From the NCBI GenBank assembly GCA_964531165.1, contig CAZHEA010000003.1, positions 13,048 to 77,047 on the forward strand: a DNA stretch of 64,000 nt. The letters are read 5' to 3'. The notes under the pieces are model-generated. The model was not told the origin of the DNA. It was given only the letters and a program-made list of their open reading frames with translations, and did no database searches. Source of the DNA: an uncultured Thiotrichaceae bacterium (GTDB taxonomy: Bacteria > Pseudomonadota > Gammaproteobacteria > SZUA-229). The position numbers and the translations under genes were made by a program. Every line of letters begins with the position of its first letter. Positions within the stretch are counted from its first letter, which is position 1. Shown here one piece after another: positions 58,724 to 64,000 of this stretch.

Positions 58724-60517
58724 ATGTCCAGTGAACCTGAGCAAGTTAGCTCAAAAATAACGTATCGTAGATTGCTCTCTTATACCTTTCAAAATAAAGG
58801 TGTATTTACTTTTTCCGTAATCAGTATGGTTCTTGTTGCCTTATCTCAGCCTGCCTTTGCAGCGATGATGGAGCCGATGCTTGATGGTGGTTTTGTTAAT
58901 CAGGACCCTCAGGTAATTAAGTGGTTACCATTCGGTATTGTCGGTTTGTTTATGGTTCGCGCGGTTGCCGGTTTTGCATCTGATTATGGTATGAGCTGGA
59001 TAGGGCGCACGGTTATTCAAACATTAAGAGATGAAATGTTTTATCGCTTACTGGTTCTGCCTAATCGCTATTATGATAATACGTCAACGGGTGAAACAAT
59101 TTCACGCTTTACTTTTGATGTTGAACAGCTTGCTACTGCTGCCACAACCGCCGTGACGATTTTAATCAAAGATGTATTAATGATCATCGCTTTGATTGGC
59201 TGGATGTTTTACATCAGCCCTAAACTGGCGACTATTTTTTTAGTGGTCGGGCCAATGCTGGCACTTATCGTTATGTTTGTGTCCCGGCGTTTTAGAGCTA
59301 TTTCACGACGTATTCAAAATTCAATGGGATCAATCACTCATGTGCTGGAGGAGTCTGTACAGGCACAGCGAGTGGTTAAGATTTATGGTGGACAGGCTTA
59401 CGAACAGAAACGTTTCAGCAAAAGTAATAATCAGAATCGTCAACAGAATATGAAACTGATGGTGAGTAGTTCTCTTAGTACATCAATTCTACAGATGATA
59501 GTTTCATTTGCGTTGGCAGGTATTGTGCATCTTGCGATACAGGAAGGTCTTAATGAAAGTCTAACGGTAGGTACTTTTACGGCGTTTATCGTATCGCTAA
59601 CCATGTTATTTGCACCGTTGAAGCGACTAACAAATATCAATGCCATTATTCAGAAAGGTGTCGCTGCTGCAGAGAGCGTTTTTGTTTTTCTGGATACGTT
59701 GCCTGAAGCTGATTGTGGCACACACCAGCCGGATAAAGTCTCAGGCGAATTACGTATTGAAAATTTAAATTTTTCGTATGAAAATCAACCGGACAGACTG
59801 GTATTAAATAATATCAATCTTACGATTAATTCGGGTGAAACCGTAGCATTTGTGGGTCGCTCGGGTAGTGGCAAGTCTACTTTAGTCAATTTGATTCCAC
59901 GTCTTTATGAAGGCTATCAGGGAAATATTCTACTTGATGGTATTAATTTAAACGATTATAAAATTGAAAATTTGCGTAGTCATATCGCATATGTCGGCCA
60001 GGAAATTGTGCTGTTTAATGACAGCATTGCACATAATATTTCATACGGTTGTACTGATGTGAGTATTGATGATATCAATGAAGCAGCAAAAGCCGCTTAT
60101 GCTCTGGACTTCATCGAACGCTTACCTGAAGGTATGCAATCACTAGCCGGTGAACGGGGTGTGTTACTGTCTGGCGGGCAGAGGCAGCGTCTAGCGATAG
60201 CACGTGCTTTACTTAAAAATTCACCAGTATTGATTATGGATGAAGCGACTTCAGCGCTCGATACTGAGTCAGAAAAAGCCATACAATCTGCATTAGAAAC
60301 ATTAACTAAAAACCGTACCACTTTAGTTGTAGCGCACCGTCTGTCTACCATAGAAAAGGCAGATAAAATAGTTGTTATGGAAGATGGCTGTATCGTTGAA
60401 ATGGGAACGCACAATGAGTTGCTGGATAAAAAAGGCGTATATAGTGCTTTGCATAATATACAATTCTGCGATCCCGTGCCACCGGTAGAGACATCATCAA
60501 TAGATAATAAACAGTAA
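58724..60517 (+). CDS. msbA: lipid A export ATP-binding/permease protein MsbA
   Basis: Six-TM domain. GRSGSGKST, LSGGQRQR and IMDEATSALD motifs. It lies immediately upstream of lpxK. Confidence 0.9.
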   Translation: MSSEPEQVSSKITYRRLLSYTFQNKGVFTFSVISMVLVALSQPAFAAMMEPMLDGGFVNQDPQVIKWLPFGIVGLFMVRAVAGFASDYGMSWIGRTVIQTLRDEMFYRLLVLPNRYYDNTSTGETISRFTFDVEQLATAATTAVTILIKDVLMIIALIGWMFYISPKLATIFLVVGPMLALIVMFVSRRFRAISRRIQNSMGSITHVLEESVQAQRVVKIYGGQAYEQKRFSKSNNQNRQQNMKLMVSSSLSTSILQMIVSFALAGIVHLAIQEGLNESLTVGTFTAFIVSLTMLFAPLKRLTNINAIIQKGVAAAESVFVFLDTLPEADCGTHQPDKVSGELRIENLNFSYENQPDRLVLNNINLTINSGETVAFVGRSGSGKSTLVNLIPRLYEGYQGNILLDGINLNDYKIENLRSHIAYVGQEIVLFNDSIAHNISYGCTDVSIDDINEAAKAAYALDFIERLPEGMQSLAGERGVLLSGGQRQRLAIARALLKNSPVLIMDEATSALDTESEKAIQSALETLTKNRTTLVVAHRLSTIEKADKIVVMEDGCIVEMGTHNELLDKKGVYSALHNIQFCDPVPPVETSSIDNKQ

Positions 60518-61491
60518 TGAAACGGCTGGATTATTACTGGAACAGTATTAATTTTATATCATTGCTTTTACTGCCATTGTCGGTGGTATTTTTTATGTTG
60601 AGCCAGGTTAGAAGGTGGCTGTATAAAATTAATTTTTTGTCATCTTACAAAGCACCGGTTCCGGTTATTGTTATTGGTAACATTACGGTAGGTGGTACGG
60701 GTAAAACGCCATTAATAATTGAGCTGGTTAAACAGCTCCAGGCGATAGGTAAGCATCCCGGTGTTATTAGCAGAGGCTATGGTGGTGCTGCACTGAGTTG
60801 GCCACAAATTGTTAATTCACAGAGCCAGTCACAGCAGGTGGGTGATGAGCCGCAGTTAATCTTTCAACAAACCTTATGTCCGTTGGTGGCCGGTCCTGAC
60901 AGAAAAGCCGATATAACATTATTACTTAAGCAGTTTAACTGTGATGTTATTCTCGCAGATGATGGCTTGCAGCACTATGCACTTCAGCGACAGGTAGAAA
61001 TTTGCATTGTTGATGCAACACGATTATGTGGAAATGGCTGGTATCTTCCTGCGGGTCCTTTAAGAGAGGGGCAGAGCAGGCTTAGCCAGGTTGATCTTGT
61101 GTTGTATAATGGTGGCTCAAACGATGCACTGTCATTTAATGTACAACCACGAAAATGTATACCTGTTGTACGTAATCACTTACAAAGTTTCTTAATAAGT
61201 GAAATATCCGGTGAAACGGTACATGCTATCGCCGGTATAGGCCACCCGCAGCGGTTTTTCACGATGCTTGAGCAGTATGGGATAACAGTCATTGCCCATG
61301 CCTTTAAAGACCATAATAACTATCAATCATCAGATCTGCATTTTGATGATGATCTGCGTGTATTAATGACTGAAAAAGATGCGATAAAATGTACGGGTTT
61401 TCAACTGGATAATCATTGGTCTGTGCCGATTGAAATTAAGCTGAGTGACTCGGCACAGAAAAAAGTTGATAAAATATTTTCATCACTTTAA
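60517..61491 (+). CDS. lpxK: tetraacyldisaccharide 4'-kinase LpxK
   Basis: P-loop GNITVGGTGKTP. TAATG overlap with msbA. Confidence 0.9.
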   Translation: MKRLDYYWNSINFISLLLLPLSVVFFMLSQVRRWLYKINFLSSYKAPVPVIVIGNITVGGTGKTPLIIELVKQLQAIGKHPGVISRGYGGAALSWPQIVNSQSQSQQVGDEPQLIFQQTLCPLVAGPDRKADITLLLKQFNCDVILADDGLQHYALQRQVEICIVDATRLCGNGWYLPAGPLREGQSRLSQVDLVLYNGGSNDALSFNVQPRKCIPVVRNHLQSFLISEISGETVHAIAGIGHPQRFFTMLEQYGITVIAHAFKDHNNYQSSDLHFDDDLRVLMTEKDAIKCTGFQLDNHWSVPIEIKLSDSAQKKVDKIFSSL

Positions 61492-61522
61492 ATAATATAA
61501 TGTGATATTAGAGAGAATTACC

Positions 61523-61705
61523 ATGAATAAAAAAAACCTTGAATTATTAGTCTGTCCTGAGTGTCAGGCTAAGCTCAGTTATAATAAAAATCAGCAAAAC
61601 CTTAGCTGTGATAATTGTAAACTTGAGTATCCTGTTAAAGACGGAATTCCTGTGATGCTGGTTGAACAAGCAACAAAAACTGAATCTTCAAATACTACCA
61701 CCTGA
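61523..61705 (+). CDS. ycaR: Trm112/YcaR-family small zinc-ribbon protein
   Basis: LLVCPECQAKL ... CDNCKLEYPVKDGIPVML. The ORF track starts at GTG 61502. Confidence 0.8.
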   Translation: MNKKNLELLVCPECQAKLSYNKNQQNLSCDNCKLEYPVKDGIPVMLVEQATKTESSNTTT

Positions 61706-61723
61706 TTAACCTAAGACTAACTA

Positions 61724-62470
61724 ATGACACCTTTCCATATTGTAATTCCTGCTCGTTATGCCTCCAGCCGTTTTCCGGGTAAGCCTTTGCAGCTGATTAA
61801 TGAAAAAACCATGTTGCAGCATGTCTATGAGGTCGCAAAAAACTCACCTGCTGAAAGTGTGGTGATTGCAACAGATGATAAACGTATTGCTGAGGTTGCA
61901 AAACATTTTTGTGAACAGGTATTAATGACTTCCAATAAACATGAATCGGGCACAGACAGGTTGGCAGAAGTGTGTGCTTTGCAGCAGTGGGCAGCAGATG
62001 AAATTGTTGTTAATTTACAGGGTGATGAACCACTGACACCAGCGCAGCTACTTGTACAGGTGGCTGATAATATACATAACAATGAAGCCGCATCAATTGC
62101 GACATTGAGTACGCCGTTAACGACGATCGAAGAAATAACTGATGCGAATATTGTTAAAGTGGTCACCGACAAAAATGGCTATGCACTTTATTTTAGTCGT
62201 GCGCCTATCCCATTTAAACGCGATGCTGATAGCTTGAGCTTATCGAACTTATATCAACGACACCTGGGTATTTATGCATATCGCGTGGGCTTTTTAAATG
62301 AATACAGTCAACTATCACAATGCGAAATTGAAGTTTTTGAAAAATTAGAACAATTACGCGCAATGTATCATGGGCATAAAATTCATGTTGAGCAGGCACA
62401 CTCATTACCCGGGCCGGGAATTGATACGCCTGAAGATTTACAAAAAATAAAATTATTACTGGCTTGTTAA
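61724..62470 (+). CDS. kdsB: 3-deoxy-manno-octulosonate cytidylyltransferase KdsB
   Basis: IVIPARYASSRFPGKPL and NLQGDEP motifs. Confidence 0.95.
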   Translation: MTPFHIVIPARYASSRFPGKPLQLINEKTMLQHVYEVAKNSPAESVVIATDDKRIAEVAKHFCEQVLMTSNKHESGTDRLAEVCALQQWAADEIVVNLQGDEPLTPAQLLVQVADNIHNNEAASIATLSTPLTTIEEITDANIVKVVTDKNGYALYFSRAPIPFKRDADSLSLSNLYQRHLGIYAYRVGFLNEYSQLSQCEIEVFEKLEQLRAMYHGHKIHVEQAHSLPGPGIDTPEDLQKIKLLLAC

Positions 62471-62474
62471 AATT

Positions 62475-64000
62475 ATGAATGAAAATATTACGTTTTTTGC
62501 AACCTGTTCGAAAGGTATGGAAGACCTGTTATATAACGAACTGATTGCTTTACAGATAGACACAGCTAAACAGGAATACTCCGGCGTTAGTTTTACCGGC
62601 ACACTTCAACAGGCTTACCGGGCATGTTTGTGGTCGCGACTGGCGAGCCGCGTATTTTTGAAATTAACCTCATTTGAAGCACTTGATGAAGACGCATTGT
62701 ATGCAGGTGTGCAAACCATAAACTGGCCACAGCATATCGATATGGATGGTACTTTAGCGGTTAATTGCACAATCAATCGATCTGAAATTACTAATTCTCA
62801 TTATGCCTCGTTAAAAACAAAAGATGCAATAGTTGATCAGTTTAATGAGCTGTATGAAACGCGTCCATCAGTAGATCGTGAGCAACCGGATGTGCGTATT
62901 AATGTTCATATAGATCACGATGCAGTTGATATAAGTATTGACCTTTCCGGTGAACCGTTACATAAACGCGGTTATCGTATTTCGAGTGTGCAGGCACCGC
63001 TTAAAGAAAACCTGGCAGCCGCAATTTTAATCCGCAGTGGCTGGTGCTCAGATAAAGGTGATGACAAGCCAAAAGATTTGCTGGATCCGATGTGTGGTTC
63101 GGCAACATTTTTAATTGAGGCCGCAATGATGTGCTTAAATATTGCACCGGGTCTAAAACGTCAATTTTATGGTTTTTTAAACTGGAAAGGCCATGATCAA
63201 CAGGTCTGGAAAAAGTTATTAAGTGAGGCAAAAAATGCTGTATTACCTTTGTCTGACTGTAGTATTCGTTTCACCGGTTATGATGCAGATAAGTTCTCGG
63301 TAGCTAGCGCAAGGCAAAACGTACATAGCGCAGGCTTACAGGATTTAATTACACTCGAGCATAAAAACTTTTCGCAGTGTTGTGAAGATATGCAGACTAA
63401 TGCTGACTCTATAATTCCTTCAATGTTGATTGTAAATCCACCGTATGGTGAACGCCTTGGTGAAAGACAGGAGCTTGCTCATTTATACTCTGAAATGGGT
63501 GAATGCTGGCGCGAGCACTTTCCTGACTGGAAAATATGTCTGTTTACAGCCAATGATGATTTGATAAAGCACATTGGTTTACGCGCCCATAGAACAAATA
63601 GTTTTTATAATGGCGCTATTAAATGTAAGTTATTGCAATATCAAATTCGCCCGGCACTTTCCGTCGAAAAAAAGCAGGAAAGAGATCAGCGAAATACCGA
63701 GCAACGTGCAGCAATTTTAAATCGCTTAAAGAAAAATGTTAAACATATTGGTCGTTGGGCTAAAAAGAATAATATACAGGCCTATCGGGTATATTCTGCT
63801 GATATACCCGAATATGCTGCGGCAATTGATGTTTATGGTGACTGGGTGCATGTGCAGGAATATCAGGCGCCTTCAACTATCGAAATTAACAAAGCAAAAC
63901 AGCGGCTGGATTTATTGGTCGAAGTGGTGCCTGAAGCACTGGGTATTGATAAAGACAATATCGTAATCAAAACTCGCCGGCAACAGAAGGGACTTGCACA
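62475..64000 (+). CDS. rlmL: bifunctional 23S rRNA methyltransferase RlmL/RlmKL, 3'-truncated by the window edge
   Basis: The frame stays open from ATG 62475 to the end of the window, so it is absent from the ORF track. N-terminus FFATCSKGMEDLL. Further motifs are APLKENLAAAIL, VNPPYGERLG and the downstream RlmK-type region AYRVYSADIPEYAAAIDVYGDWVHVQEY. Confidence 0.9.
   Translation, partial: MNENITFFATCSKGMEDLLYNELIALQIDTAKQEYSGVSFTGTLQQAYRACLWSRLASRVFLKLTSFEALDEDALYAGVQTINWPQHIDMDGTLAVNCTINRSEITNSHYASLKTKDAIVDQFNELYETRPSVDREQPDVRINVHIDHDAVDISIDLSGEPLHKRGYRISSVQAPLKENLAAAILIRSGWCSDKGDDKPKDLLDPMCGSATFLIEAAMMCLNIAPGLKRQFYGFLNWKGHDQQVWKKLLSEAKNAVLPLSDCSIRFTGYDADKFSVASARQNVHSAGLQDLITLEHKNFSQCCEDMQTNADSIIPSMLIVNPPYGERLGERQELAHLYSEMGECWREHFPDWKICLFTANDDLIKHIGLRAHRTNSFYNGAIKCKLLQYQIRPALSVEKKQERDQRNTEQRAAILNRLKKNVKHIGRWAKKNNIQAYRVYSADIPEYAAAIDVYGDWVHVQEYQAPSTIEINKAKQRLDLLVEVVPEALGIDKDNIVIKTRRQQKGLA

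Noticed and set aside
61825-62172. 115-aa antisense ORF; similar cases at 19325..19660, 60097..60414, 57809..58120, 31471..31776, 6558..6815 and 2787..2981
   Set aside because: Each lies inside a confidently identified gene on the opposite strand (kdsB, hrpB, msbA, exbB, mocA, serB, minD). None has a motif or a start-site signal.
63001-63966. Track ORFs 63001..63231 (-) and 63736..63966 (+)
   Set aside because: Both fall inside the rlmL reading frame, which is open from 62475 to the window end and carries clear RlmL motifs. The real gene is missing from the track only because it has no stop within the window.
1-64000. Search by eye for tRNA, rRNA, tmRNA, IS elements, integrases and prophage genes
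   Set aside because: I saw no T-loop (GGTTCGAATCC-like) or rRNA-like segments, no transposase or integrase motifs in any track ORF, and no long inverted terminal repeats. This is a manual scan only; tRNAscan, Infernal and ISfinder would be decisive.

Overview
AT-rich gammaproteobacterial chromosomal segment. I recognised no rRNA, tRNA, IS element, integrase or CRISPR array by eye. All family calls come from motif recognition in the supplied translations; no searches were run. Most of the window is housekeeping: minCDE, serB, rlmG, an RhlE-like DEAD-box helicase, hrpB, ispF, yqiA, nagZ, an MscS-type channel, hpt, an MTAP-type phosphorylase, the DUF2062-nudix-mnmA-hflD block, and comEC-exbB-exbD-msbA-lpxK-ycaR-kdsB-rlmL (rlmL runs off the 3' edge and is missing from the ORF track). 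The less ordinary parts are as follows. (1) A seven-gene, translationally coupled operon (35666-42536) encodes RDD, SpoIIM-like, an unassigned TM protein, DUF4129-like, DUF4350-like, MoxR AAA+ and DUF58 products. It starts 2 nt after an IorAB-type molybdenum hydroxylase gene pair that has divergent xdhC/mocA maturation genes. This is my best candidate for an undescribed system. (2) A terminator-bounded island between minE and serB (3460-5673) holds two unassignable proteins, one Cys-rich with a YkgJ/FliB-type cluster, plus an untracked 34-aa membrane peptide gene. (3) An FHA / HDOD / RIO kinase / SPOUT methyltransferase neighbourhood has a 1-nt RIO-SPOUT overlap. (4) A TonB-dependent receptor / YfiR-like (DUF4154) / CHASE8-type hybrid histidine kinase module has no cognate output regulator nearby. 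(5) An ICMT/PEMT-like methyltransferase is paired with a minimal protein-kinase-like gene. Smaller nucleotide-level observations are two REP-like palindromic elements, a coding 12-nt tandem repeat, spaced direct repeats and several hairpins.
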